Shown: positions 34,275 to 46,600 of the stretch, one piece after another
Layout of the letters: every line of letters starts with the position of its first letter
How positions within the stretch are numbered: the stretch's first letter is position 1
Origin: Vitrella brassicaformis CCMP3155
Taxonomy: Eukaryota; Protista; Chromerida
Reading direction: 5' to 3'
NCBI GenBank assembly: GCA_001179505.1
Contig: CDMY01000356.1
Span: 310,001-374,000, forward strand
DNA: 64,000 nucleotides
The notes under the pieces: generated by a model
What the model was told of the DNA's origin: nothing
Databases searched by the model: none
What the model saw: the letters and a program-made list of their open reading frames with translations, nothing else
Position numbers and translations under genes: made by a program

Positions 34275-34779
34275 GTGGTTGTCTGTCTATGGCCGTCGGC
34301 TGGCCACCCACAAGATGGAGACCGGACTGAGGCGGCCCTTCCTCTCGGCGGCTCGGTGGGCGTCCGGCCGATGCCGTCGACACATGCTGCGGATGTACTC
34401 CATTGGCGCAAGATGCAGCGACATGCCCTGCACAGATGGCGAACCAACACGCGGGCCGCCACCGTTGCCGGAAGGTAGACGCCCCGACATCGGCAGCAAC
34501 CACAGCTCAGATATTCCTGTCATTGTGTTGCAACTGCGTGTGTGTGTGCAGCGAGGCGAGGCGCGCAGAGTGTGCGGCGCTGAGTGATGAGTTGCATTCG
34601 CTGCGGCGAGCCCATCTGGAGCTGCAGGTCCGTCCGCTGGTCACGGAAACGGCATGCATGGTTGTGTCTGTCGATGTCTCCTTGTCTGTGTCTGTGTGTG
34701 TCAGGATCGCATGGCTCGTACCTCTACGAGCACAGCGGCCATCTCGTGCAAAAGCTGTCGAGGCCTCTGGCGGCTGTAG
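34275..34779 (+). CDS. Hypothetical small coiled-coil protein; 5' end unresolved
   Basis: Phase-compatible exons LHWRKMQRHALHRWRTNTRAATVAG|SEARRAECAALSDELHSLRRAHLELQ|DRMAR... separated by TG-rich introns. Confidence 0.35.
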
Positions 34780-35694
34780 ATAGACCTGGGGCGGACAGAT
34801 AAGGTGGCGGGCGGAATGGTGGCTGAGCGAGGGCGGTGGCTGGTGACGGTGGGGTGAGGTGAGAGGGCGATGGGATGGGCTGCGTCGCTTTGCAGCACTC
34901 ATGCAGGCCAGGCGCCAATTTGTTTTCCTGGACGCATTGACGCATACGTATGTGTGACTTCTTACTTATGGATGGTGATTTCTCGCCGTGTTGGTTGCAA
35001 TGGGTTCGATCAAATTGCATCTCCAAGGACCATGGATGTGGCACACTGGCAGGGGAGGGAGGGGAGGGCGGTGGTAGGGGACGGAGGGAGAGTGTGGTTG
35101 GTAAAGGACGAGACGTGTAGAGAGAGTGTGGTGTTAGCACTTGTCAGCACTCGATAGTGCAGTAGCTCGGGGTAGCGAGTAGGAACGCGACGATGCCGGA
35201 AGAAGCACATTCAGTGATGATAGAAGTCTCACACGCAAAACTCATGCCTCGTAGATTTCGCCCGTGTAACTCTTCCCGCTCTAAGTGTGATTCGAACCTC
35301 AGACCATCTCCCTCTTCTCTATCGTCGCAGCAACGATGCCAAGCGCTTTCCGCCCTCCTTCAGTCGCCGCCGCATCCGAGAGAAGCTCGCCGAGGTTTCG
35401 GAGAGATATAGCGCGCTTCTCTCTCTCGAATATGCGGGACGGGAGCTGTGTCTACGCTATCTCCGATCGCTCCGACGGCAGCAAGACAGCGCTCCAGCAG
35501 CAAACAGCCCAGCTTACCACCTTCGAGAAGCTTCCGAACAAGCTTATCTCTTCTACGCCAGCAGAGGAGTGCTCATCAACACCATCAACACCAGTAGACA
35601 GCACACCTGTGCAAGCAGATCCAAACAGGCTTGGTGACTCCCGTCAGCCTCAGGCAACACAGCCAAGTGTGAGCGACACAGTGTCTCGCGCAGC

Positions 35695-37763
35695 ATGTTC
35701 CTCGAGCGGCATCAGCAGAAGCGACACCATCCCTCGTCCAGCCGCAATGGCGTGGTGCTCCCGCCGCCGCCGCCGTCTCACCCGCCCCTGCCCCTCAAGC
35801 ACCCAAACCACGACCCATCGCCGCCCTACACGGGCTCTCCCGTCGGCATGTTGGACGTGTACATCAAGCAAGCGGCACCTGCGTCGCCCTACCCGATCCA
35901 GCTGTCCAGCCTCAGCACATGCAACTCGGGTCTCTCGACCAGCGATTCGTCATTCTTTGGCTCCTCAGGAGGAGACGACAGCAACGGTGGTGTCGACGAG
36001 GAGGTGCCTCTGTCCTTCCTGGTCCGGGCCGTCCACCCCCCGCCGCCGCCGCAGCAGCTGAGCAAGTCCGCCCACCACAAGACGGCGCCGTCCCCGCACG
36101 CGCAGCCGCGCCCCAGCGTTGGGTCGACCATACCACCTGCGTCGACATCTGCCCCGCTCCCCGACCCCAACAACAACAACACGCCCAGCAGCCCGGTGCC
36201 ATCCGACAGTTCGCCGTCGGTGTACGCCCGGCTGTCGCTGCCCGGCACGCCCTTCTTGCCGGTCGTGAAGGAGGCCCCTTACGAGCCGCTGCTGACCGAG
36301 GATGTGTCGTGCACCAGCTCCAATGGACAGGCGGGCAAGCTCTCGTGGAGCCCCGCACTCAACACCACATACGCCGGCAGCGGCACTGGCAGGGCCAAGA
36401 AGGGGAGCGCCAAGCTCCCCGGCAAGGGGGAGGTTGAGGGAGGGGACCTGCCGGGCAGCGTGTCGCCCTCGGACGTGTCGCCGGGCGCATCCCCGCCATC
36501 CAAGCCCATATACGATGTACGTACGTCACGTCACTGACTGAGGCACACGGACACACTCACACACACGCAGTGCACTGCAGCCCTCGCTTCCTTCAAGTGC
36601 TAACTCATGTCATGGTGTGGTGTGTGCCTTTATGTCTGTCTCTGTCTGTGTTCAGGGCAAGGTGCCGGTGAGCCGCACGTTCATCCACTTCGATGAGCAC
36701 GACGCCAAGAAGGTTGCGATAACGGGGACCACGTCGCTGACGTCATCTGGCCTGGAGTCGGCGACCAAGGGCAGCCAGCGGCGTTCGCAGTCGGTGGCGG
36801 CCAACCCGCTGTACTCGCGGCTGGGCGGCGAGTCGCTCAACATCGGTTCGCTGGGCCATGTGGAGGGCTTCCGCTGCTGCCCCAACAAACGGTGCTACTG
36901 GTTTTACACCGAGAGAGGCTGCATGCGCGGCAAGTAAGCAACCAACACTACCAAGACAAGAGGGAGGGAGGGGAAGGGAGAGGCAGACAGAAAAGACTCA
37001 CACACGTCCTTGCTCATCTTGCCTGTCTGTCGCTGCCTGTCTGTCTGTCTGTGGTTAGGTTTTGCGACCACTGCCACTTGTGCCTTCCCCGTGACAAGAA
37101 GGCGCAGCGCCACAACGGTAGCCGCAGCCCGCAGCCCGCGTGCGGCCACGGGCGACACCGACACGCACACAGGCGATACACGTCAAGTGTGGCCGAGGGG
37201 CAAGTGTACAGGCAGAAGGGCGGCAAGCTCGTCACCACCACATCCATACAGACTGAAGGAGGCAACAACACACCTGACAACGGCTCATTCGGTGAGAATA
37301 GAGACAGACAAGACACCCACAATGGGCACAAGCAGAGGGCATGTCCCATCCATGTCTGTCTGTCTGTCTGTAATCAGATGTGTCTGGCCACCAAGGTCGA
37401 TCCGGTCGCCGTTCCACTCTTCCAGCCGCCATGCCGCTGCCGCCCCTGAGCAGACACGGCTCCCGCCGCAACTCGTTGCACCCGTCCGATGCAGCAGCGG
37501 GGCTGCTCTCGCCCCAGCAGGCCTTCCAGCAGCCCCTCTCGCCCTCGCCCTCATTCCCGCCGTCCCCGGCCGCATTCTCCACTGTCAGCATGCCGGTGCA
37601 CGGCTACCAGGGTACCTCAAGCGAGGGACACAGCTCGCCGTCGCCCGTCTGCTCGCCGGCCCTGCCTTACACCGGGGGCCGCATAGGTGTTGTGACCAGC
37701 AGGGGCGTCGTGGGCAGCAAACCTTGCGGGGTGATGATTGCGCTGCCGCCTGAGAGACAGTGA
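35695..37763 (+). CDS. CCCH (C3H1) zinc-finger protein with low-complexity Ser/Pro regions
   Basis: The splice junction near 36932/37060 rebuilds CYWFYTERGCMRGKFCDHCH (C-x8-C-x5-C-x3-H). It is preceded by IGSLGHVEGFRCCP and by VSRTFIHFDE...RRSQS. The 5' end may extend to about 35300. Confidence 0.78.
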
Positions 37764-38588
37764 ATGGATAGGATTGAGTGCATGGAAACATGGATGAGTG
37801 AGTATTGAGGGACGCTGAATGAGAGGGGGTAGTGGTGGTGGTGGTGGGTTGTGGGTATGAGTGTAGCTAGCTACGTAGCTAGGTAGGCTTCCCTATGAGA
37901 GATGAGAGAGAGAGAGGGAGAGGGGTCAGTCAGGTCTTGTAGCCTGTTTTTCAAGCACATCCATCCGTCCCTCCGTCGGCCGATCGATACATCCATCCAT
38001 CCATCGGTATATATAATAAGGCTGGGCTGCTCCCTCATGGCTGGCATGGATGGCACTCAGTGGTGCTTACATACAATGCAAGTGCGTACGTTGGTGCATT
38101 CCTTCCTCCTTGCCTACTTCCTAACTTGCCTACTTACTACTCTACTCGACCGACCGACCGATTGACGTGCAAGGGGCGACGTGACGTGTATTTTATAGCA
38201 CTGACACGACACGGCAGCCGAGGGCGGGGCGCTACACTCTCCGCCACGCCCGTCTGCCTGTCTGCCTGTCTGTCTGTCTGCCTGCCTCTGCCTATGGTCC
38301 TGCTTGTTACCGTCGCCCTCCTGCATGTGTGTATGTATCTGTGTAGCCGTGTACGGGTCGGTCGGTCGGTCGGTCGGTCGGTCGATGGGTGTGTGTGTGT
38401 GTGTGTCTGACTGGTGGGTCAGTTGTTATTGAGAATTTTCCACCTGTGTGTGTAAGGGTTGGGTTTGGCTGGGTGGGTGGGTGTTCCCATCTGTGAATAA
38501 CGACACAGGCGAGTCAAGGAAGGAATGGAGTGACTGTGTGTCTGTGTGTCTATTGTGTGTCTGTGTGCGGGAGGGGGGGGGGGGGGGG

Positions 38589-38888
38589 NNNNNNNNNNNN
38601 NNNNNNNNNNNNNNNNNNNNNNNNNNNNNNNNNNNNNNNNNNNNNNNNNNNNNNNNNNNNNNNNNNNNNNNNNNNNNNNNNNNNNNNNNNNNNNNNNNNN
38701 NNNNNNNNNNNNNNNNNNNNNNNNNNNNNNNNNNNNNNNNNNNNNNNNNNNNNNNNNNNNNNNNNNNNNNNNNNNNNNNNNNNNNNNNNNNNNNNNNNNN
38801 NNNNNNNNNNNNNNNNNNNNNNNNNNNNNNNNNNNNNNNNNNNNNNNNNNNNNNNNNNNNNNNNNNNNNNNNNNNNNNNNNNNNNNNN
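38589..38888. other. Assembly gap (300 N)
   Basis: Run of N directly after G16 (38573-38588). Confidence 0.99.
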
Positions 38889-40614
38889 GAGCCTTGTCAG
38901 TCAGTCATCCATCGGTTTGACGTTTAAGCTGCTGAGGCGGACCGACATATGCATGCATGAATTCGTGCCCTCTCCCTTTTCCTTTATTGCTTTTGCTCCC
39001 GTCTGTCGCTGCCGTGGTGACTGACCGCACCGCTGGTTGGGTTGGTTTTGCCATGTGCATGTCAGTCAGTGAGTGCAGCTATCTATCTATCCTATCGATC
39101 ATCCATGGCACCGGGGCGGGCAAGGCAAAGAAACGACCGACATTCAACGCACGCGTGGGTTTGAATCAAGTTGTAGCGTAGCGTAGGTGTCGCTACCGTA
39201 ATGCTACAATACATTGACAGACAATGATGGAGCCGCATCCGTGTCCGTGCCCCATGGCCCCTCCCCCCTCCCCCTCCCCCTCCCCCTACAATGACTGTAG
39301 ATGGTACTCTGGATGTGGTTTTTGCATTTTTCCCCACACGATGTGGATGAGAGAATTCGTGCACGTCGCCGTGTGCTGTGCTGTGGTGCGGTGCGGTGCG
39401 GTGCGGTGCCGTGCGAGCGAGAGGGGAGCGGAGCGGAGCCGGTGGATTCCGCTGATGGCTGGATGTATGGATCGATGCCTCCTTTATTACCTCCCTGCTT
39501 GCTGCGTTGCGCTTTGACTGTTTGTCTGTCTGTCTGTCTGTCTGAGGAGCTGGGTGAGAGGGGCAGATAGATGATATGATTTTTGGTTCCTTGCTTCCTG
39601 TCTTGTCTTGTCTTCTCTTCTCGCCTCGCGAGCGTCCCCTCGCCCCTCGCCGTTGTGTGAGTCATGCATGTCGTTTTTGGTTTCTGCCTGTGTGTGTGTC
39701 GGTGCGGTGGGTGGGGTGGGTGTGGTGCGGTGCATACGGTGATTTGATTGATTGATGCTTTTGATGCGATCGATCGATGTGTGTCAGACGGTCTGTCAGC
39801 AACCCTTGTGCGGCTCGTGTCTGTCGGCATACAACCAAACGTACATACCTACATGAGCATGAGCATGAGCTTTACCTATCGGTTTGCCCGCCCGTGTGTG
39901 TGTGTCTATATAGGTGTCTGATATCTGCGCATGGGTGTGGTGTGGTGAGATGTGGTGCTTTTTGGCCGGTCGTCAACTCAATGCATATGAACGAATGGAT
40001 TGTTTGGTCAACCAACCAGCGAGAGGAGGGAGACCGATCCCATGGTTGCATATATATATATGGGTGTGTGTATGTATGTATGTGTGTTTGTCTGCCTCAT
40101 GGCTGTCTCGTCTCCACTGATCTATCGCTCTACATACCAACCAGACACACGCACCTAAGAACCTACATGTTGTCGGTCGGTCGGGGTGCTGTGCTGCGTG
40201 TGCATGTGTGTCCCGGGGAGAGCGTTTGAGATGGATGAGAGAGAGAGGTACCGTAGCGTGTGTGTTGCTCGATCAGATCGGCGTGTTTCTGGGACTGACT
40301 GGCTGCCAGTGAGTGACGACAGACAATGATTAATAATATTAATGATGAGTAAGCTTGACCCATTTGTCTGTCCGCTGCAACACCACATCAAACAAGTCCC
40401 CCATCTGGCCATCAACCCAACCGACTCGCATTCATTGGAACCATCTCGTCCGCCCATGGCCATGCATGGATGGATGGAGGCAGGCAGGCAGGCATATGTA
40501 CGTCACGGACGTCTCAACGAGCAGGTCACAACAAAACACACACAGCCAAGCTTTGTCACAGCCTGCCTTAAACCACACACCACACACGGAAATGCACCTC
40601 ATGCATGGCACGCG

Positions 40615-43554
40615 TCAGTCTTCTTCCTCTTCCGCCTCATCGTCTTCCGCTTCCTGGTCCCGCTCGTCAAAACCGTTGTCGTCATGCTCCTCATCTTGAT
40701 CCTCACTCCACTCCCCCTCCCCCTCGCCCCCCTCCCCATCCCCGTCATCCATGTCTTCGTCATCTCCCTCGCCGCTCTCGTCGCTCCACTGCTCGCCCAC
40801 CTCGTCCTCCTCCTCCTCGTTGTCCTCGTGGGTGGCAGCGCCATTGATTTCCAGGTCCAGGTCTCGGATGAGAGAGTCGTCCAGCAAAGCTCTCCTGGCC
40901 TCTTCACCCTCCTTGTAGTCCACCAGGGCCTGACGGCGCTCCATACGCTCCTGGGCCAGGTCTGCAGACCTCCATGACATGAAGAGGGAGGGAGAGGGGC
41001 TGATGCGATGCGTGATGCATGCGTGTGCACAGCGACTGACTGACTGCCTGACTGCCTGACTGACCCTTCTGTTGTGCGACGACGGTGCGGGTGTGGTTGA
41101 GGAGTAGGTCCAGTTTGCCGTACAGCCTGACGACCGTCGGGTGGTTAGCCGTCCGCTGCTGGATGTGCTCATACAACGAGTGAAGCATCTACACACACCC
41201 ACACACCCAGGCAGGGTCAGGCAGGCAGGCAGGCAGGCAGACGGGCAAACGCACACCTGCACGTGTTCGATGTGTGTGTGCAGGTGTGTGGTCGGCTACC
41301 CACCGGTCTGCAGTGCGGCATGGTCATGAGGTAGCCCGTGTGGTTGGTGAGGATTGCACGCAGCCACTTCTGGTGCTCAAACATGCCCATCGGCTTCCTG
41401 CACACACCACAGCACAGCCACAGAGACGGGGAGGGAGGGGGGCACACACACTTCCTTTAAGTCCTTTGGTGATTGACACTTGCCTTGCCTTGCCCCCCTT
41501 GTCTGTCCGTCTGTCTATCGGCTGGTCGGCCACTTACGCGTGGATGCGCAGGGTGATGTGTTCGAGCAGCTTGGCGACCAGGTCAGACGGTAGCTCGGCA
41601 AGAGTGGCTGCTATCACTGACAGACAGACAGACAGACCATGATACACCAACGACACACAGGGGGCAACAGCCAGAATGGACTCGTTTCGCAGCGAGGCGC
41701 ACACAGCACACGTGTGTGTGTACCAGACCAGGTTCTAGTTTGCTCCTCAGTGCTGACTCGAGCATCTGCGGATCATCCGATGTCAGCGCCTGACGCACGA
41801 CACTGTAGCCAGCCAACATTGCAGCCAGCACAGAGGATTGGAAGCTAGCTTTTCTGCCCACTCCTCACCTCACCTGGCCATCGACGTGACCGCCACACGA
41901 CCTTTCTTGGACTTGTTCTGCTGCAAGCAGAGCAAAGGCACACACACAGCACAGACACGTACGCAACATCGATCGCTACCTAGAGCCTCCCTCCATGGCT
42001 GCGTACCTTTGCGAGTTTGTGAGCCATAGCCTCGAGCACTTTGCCCTCCCCCTCAGTCATCTTGGCCGCCGGGCGAGACGCCCGCACGTCCAGAGGACCC
42101 AACGCCACGCCCCCACCACGCCGCCCCTTCTCACCGCCCGCGCCTGCTGCTGCCCCCTCTCCCTTTTGATCTTCCAAAGCCACGAGTGCCCTGCATGGGG
42201 CGAGAGAGACCGTCTCCCACCGGACGGCAGGCTGCTTCTGGGTGCTGGTCGTCTCCACCTTGGCATCGACACGCACCCGCTCAAACGTCGGCTGGCCCCT
42301 GAAGCCCCGCACGACGAGCATGTCCATGTGAGGCGACTCCTGGGAGGTGAGCGACAGGTGCGTGGGGGCGTGGACGGCAATAACGCGGTCCTTCTTGTCT
42401 TGCGAGTCGCAGGAAATGTCGCTCTGCGGCGCCAGGGGCAGGAAGGACACAGAGCGCCGCTCCGTCTCTGGATGGTCGTCTTGATCTTGGTCCGCTGATA
42501 CTTTCCGTCTCTTGGCTGCTTTGGTGTCGAGTGTGATGGCGAGCCCGCCGAGCCACCAGAGGGCCACACGCCCCTGGTTGGTCAGCCCAACCACCGTGTA
42601 GTCAGCCCAAGAACGGGCCGCCTTCGCAGCAGCAGCAGCAGCCCTCTTGCGCTTCTTCTGCTGCTTAGTGCTGGCGCCGCCTTGGGCTGCCGGCTGATGC
42701 GGCTGCCCCTGCTCCACACCGCTGCTGATCGGATGCACCACCACCCGCACATCGATGATGGTCTCGTGGTCGGTCAAAACCAGTGGCGCAGTTGGCTGGT
42801 TTCTGTGCGTGTGGTCGTCGCTGCCATCATCACCATCACTGATCCAGGGCAGCCGCCAGAGGTGGACGCTCGTGTCGGCGGCCAGGGTGAGGAGGAAGCG
42901 GTCATCGGGCGCGAAGCGGATGTGGGATACGTCGGCCTGCATGCCCGTGAACTTGGCGTCGATCCGCCGCCTCTGCCCGGCCGTGTCTTGGCTCTCATCA
43001 TTGTCGAAGCTCGTGAGGTCCCACAGCTTGAGCCGCCCAGCCCCGCTGATGGAGGCCAGCTTGGTGCCGTCGTGACTGATGGCGATCCTCTTGACGGCCA
43101 CCCCGTGACGCGCCACCTTGATGGTTCCCGTGGCGGCCCCGTCCCCCAGCGACCGCTCGCTGACACTGCCGTCCCCCCCACACGTGAAGAAAGACTGCTG
43201 GCCCGGGCTGACGACCATGTCGGCAATGGGGGACAAAGACTGATGGGTGGAGCCAGCCACCTCGAGCTGGAGGCCTTGGTCCTCTCTCGGCGACACATCG
43301 AACAATCGCTCCAGCCTCAGGAGGTCCCAGTAGTGTATGCACCCGTCAGAGTAGCCGATCAGCAGGCGAGAGCGGTCCGCTTGAGATCCTCCAGATGTGC
43401 CGAACTTGACGACGGAGATGCGCCTGCCGGCCTCGTGGTGCTCGTGGGAGAGAGTGCTCGTCTGGGTGTCATACGCCTTCCATCGGTTCGGCGTCGCTGC
43501 GGCCGCAAACGTCTTTCCCTCCTCATCGAAGTGATAGATCACTGACTCGGCCAT
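40615..43554 (-). CDS. WDR43: WD repeat protein 43 / U3 snoRNA-associated protein 5 (SSU processome t-UTP)
   Basis: N-terminal WD40 repeats (LLIGYSDGCIHYWDL, FFTCGGDGSV, KLASISGAGRLKLWDL, FLLTLAADTSVHLW). Utp12-type C-terminal domain (VVRQALTSDDPQMLESAL...IAATLAELP...KLLEHI...QKWLRAILTNHTGYLMT...RLYGKLDLL) and a long acidic tail. Confidence 0.88.
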
Positions 43555-43604
43555 TGGCTCAGAGTAGATCACTGAATCTTGGGAGCATGTGGACGCATCA
43601 AAAG

Positions 43605-43624
43605 TGCGAGCTTGGCTGCGAGCT
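43605..43624 (+). promoter_or_regulatory. Tandem candidate promoter octamers TGCGAGCT x2
   Basis: Copies at 43605-43612 and 43617-43624, in the 130-nt spacer between the WDR43 and qRRM/LOTUS start codons. Confidence 0.55.
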
Positions 43625-43684
43625 TTGCAAATTATTTTCACTGCGTCATGGGACGCACGATACCACCCAATTCATGACCCTCTC

Positions 43685-46600
43685 ATGAGTATCCAACAAC
43701 TTACCGAGTATGAGAACAGCAAGCTTCTCAGCCACCAGCAAGGCGACTCGCATTCGTCATCTGACAGCGTCAGCACGCTCTTCTCCAACACGCAGCTGAT
43801 GAGTTGCGACGCCGACGGTGACAAGTTCGAGGAGTGCGAGGGAAACGACCAGCCTGCGGCAGGGGCAGAGTGGCATGAGGTCGTTTCTCCCAACGAGGGA
43901 GAGGCCTACCAGCCATCCGCAGGGCCACAGCTTCATGGCGGCGCTGACCACTCGACGGTCATCGTGTCACACGTGCTGCTCTCCCTGGGGAGCTTGCAGG
44001 CGCACTCGACCAAAGGGAATGGTACGCGCGTAGGGGGGTGTGTGTGTGTGTCTGTATGTGTATCTATGGGTGGATAGCTAGACCGGTGCAGACAGACAGA
44101 CAGACCAGCCCATGCTGTTGGCTTCGGGATGCACACAATCGTTCACGACTGTGTGTGTGCAGATGTGTTGTGCCGTGAGCTTGCCTCGAGCCTGCCCGAC
44201 TCCATCCAGGATATGCTCAAAGACTCCTCAGGAAGTAAATGGCACAGACAGAAGTCATGACAGACATCGGCAGTCATTGATTGATTGACACTTCTTCGTC
44301 TCATTCTCTTCTCTCCCTGTGTGTGGTGTGCAGGTGTGCAGATCGGTTCGTTTCTCCGGAAGTATCCCATGCTGTTCAGGCTCCACACCAACGACAGCAG
44401 CGAGGAGCTGGTACAACTCAACCTCAACCAGCTGCAGCAGCAACAAATCACCCACACGGAGCCGCCAAACAGGGATGACACGGACGCAGAAGCAGCCCCC
44501 CGTCAGCTGCAGCAACAGCAGCAGTTGGATGGCGCTGCTGGCACTGACAGGGCGCCGGAAGGGGTGGGTGAGGACGCACCATTACAGCTGCGGCCGGAGG
44601 ATCGAGCTGGCGACGTGCTAGAGGAGAGGGTGGTCAACGAACGACCCCCCACCGCCTTCGACTCGCACCAGAACGAACGGTCGGTCCGCAGGCAGGCAGA
44701 CTGTCATGCCTCCCATGCTACCTACTTATGCAACCCATATATACGGTTGAATGCCTTTTCCCTCCTCCCTCCCTGCAGATGGCCTCCACCGGGTGTGTCC
44801 CACCCGTCCCCAGCAGGGTCGCGTGTGGCTCAACCCCCTCAACCGCCCTCCCAGCGCCACCACGAGACGGTGTATGCCAACGATGTGCCTTTGCTGTCGC
44901 CCTGCTCCAGCATCGGCACGCCCATTCCCCAGGGGCTGAGCACACCCCCGGTGCTGCCGCCGAGAGGCGCCATGAGCGGTCCGCCACACGACTACCGCCA
45001 GAGGAGCAGACGAGACAGGCACAGGAGCTCCAGGGCCACACTGAGGCTGAGGGGGCTGCCGTACAGCGCCAAGCCAGAACAGATTAGAGAGGTGAGTGAG
45101 GAAGAGTGATTGCCGTGCGGTGCGTGTCTGATATATATGCCTGGCCGCATATATGGGGGGTGTTCGGTTGGGTGTGTGTGCAGTTCTTCCGCGAGTACGA
45201 CGAGCATATTTTGAGGAACAACGGCGTGCAGATCGTCTACAATGCCGACGGCAAGAGCACCGGCAACGCGTTCGTCCATTTCACGGACCCGGCAGCAGCA
45301 GCCCAGGCGCTGGAGGAGAAGAACATGGCCATGTTTGCCACTCGCTACGTCGAAATCTTCGCCTGTGGCGGGGGCAGACGCAAGGCCGCGGCAGCAGACA
45401 GGGACGACGGCGCCGACCACCTCATGCCCAGCGCGCCGGCACACGTCTTCGACTCGCCGGGACACGTACGTCACCTAATGGAGAGAAAGCCTTCAGTCAT
45501 TGCATACCTGCCTGCCTGCGTTGGTGCTGGCTGTTTGCAATGATTGCAGTCCTCTGTGACATCTTACGAGTACACTGCTGGAGGGGGACCACCCGTTGTG
45601 GACTCACAGCAGCTGGCTGAGATTGACCCCTGTCTGGATGGCGAGGGACTGCGGTCGCTGGGCAGTCCTATGGTTGACGGCCTGGTGAATGGTGTGCAGA
45701 TGGCCGCCCAGAGCCCCCAGCCCTCCCGCAAGCCGCGCATAGACACCAGCGGCATGACCACCGGCCACCTGCTCATGGAGGTGGCCCGCAACGTTGTCCG
45801 GTCGCCAGACCGCCAGACCCCGCTGTCCATCTTGGGGATGAGCCTCACACCCAAGGCACGCATTTTCCTCAAGCAGCACCACACACGGTACGGTATAGTA
45901 CAGTACGGTCAGCAAGCAAACCCCCTCACACGCCCCCCACACAGACAGACAGACAGACAGTAGCGCATTAGTTAAACCACCGACCGCTGGTCGCTTGATG
46001 CGATGCAGGCTGAAGGAGTTTCTGCACCAGCACCCAAATCTCTTCCATATCGGTGGCAACCGCGGCTCGGAGATCGTGGCTTTCTGCGCCACGTCCCTCA
46101 ACGACATCGACCTATCGAATGTGCCGCCACTCCCATCACCCCTCACCAAGCCGCCCCCACTGCAGCACTCAGCCTCTTTCCAGAGCGACTCACTTGACGA
46201 CGACCTCCCCGCCACATCGTCGCCACAGCCCGCGGACCAAGATGCCGCCGTGGTGTCCCCGGCGCACGAGCAGCGGATGCACACCATCCACGAGAATGCT
46301 GTGGCCACACATGGATATCAGAGGCTGCCCTCATTCGGTAGCGACGGATTGCCCACCCGCGGTGGACCACCGGCACCACTAGACGAGCTGCTCAAGGCCA
46401 CTACCCAACAGGAGACAGGCCAGCATCAGTACCAGCAGCATCAGGCGGACGAGCTTCTGAATGCGGCACCGGCATTCGCGGCGGCAGCCGATGCTGTCAA
46501 CGAGGCACCGACCGAGCCCCCGCCCCTTGACCAGTCGGTCGCCCTCCCACTCCGCTCGGACCCCTCGTTGGAGAGAGCCATCACACCGCCCGAGTCGCCG

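Noticed and set aside
42682-43545. Long antisense or alternative-frame ORFs (e.g. 42682-43545 +, 14229-15044 -, 10290-11027 -, most of 61045-62283 -)
   Set aside because: Shadows of real GC-rich coding exons on the other strand or frame; no independent motifs or splice support.
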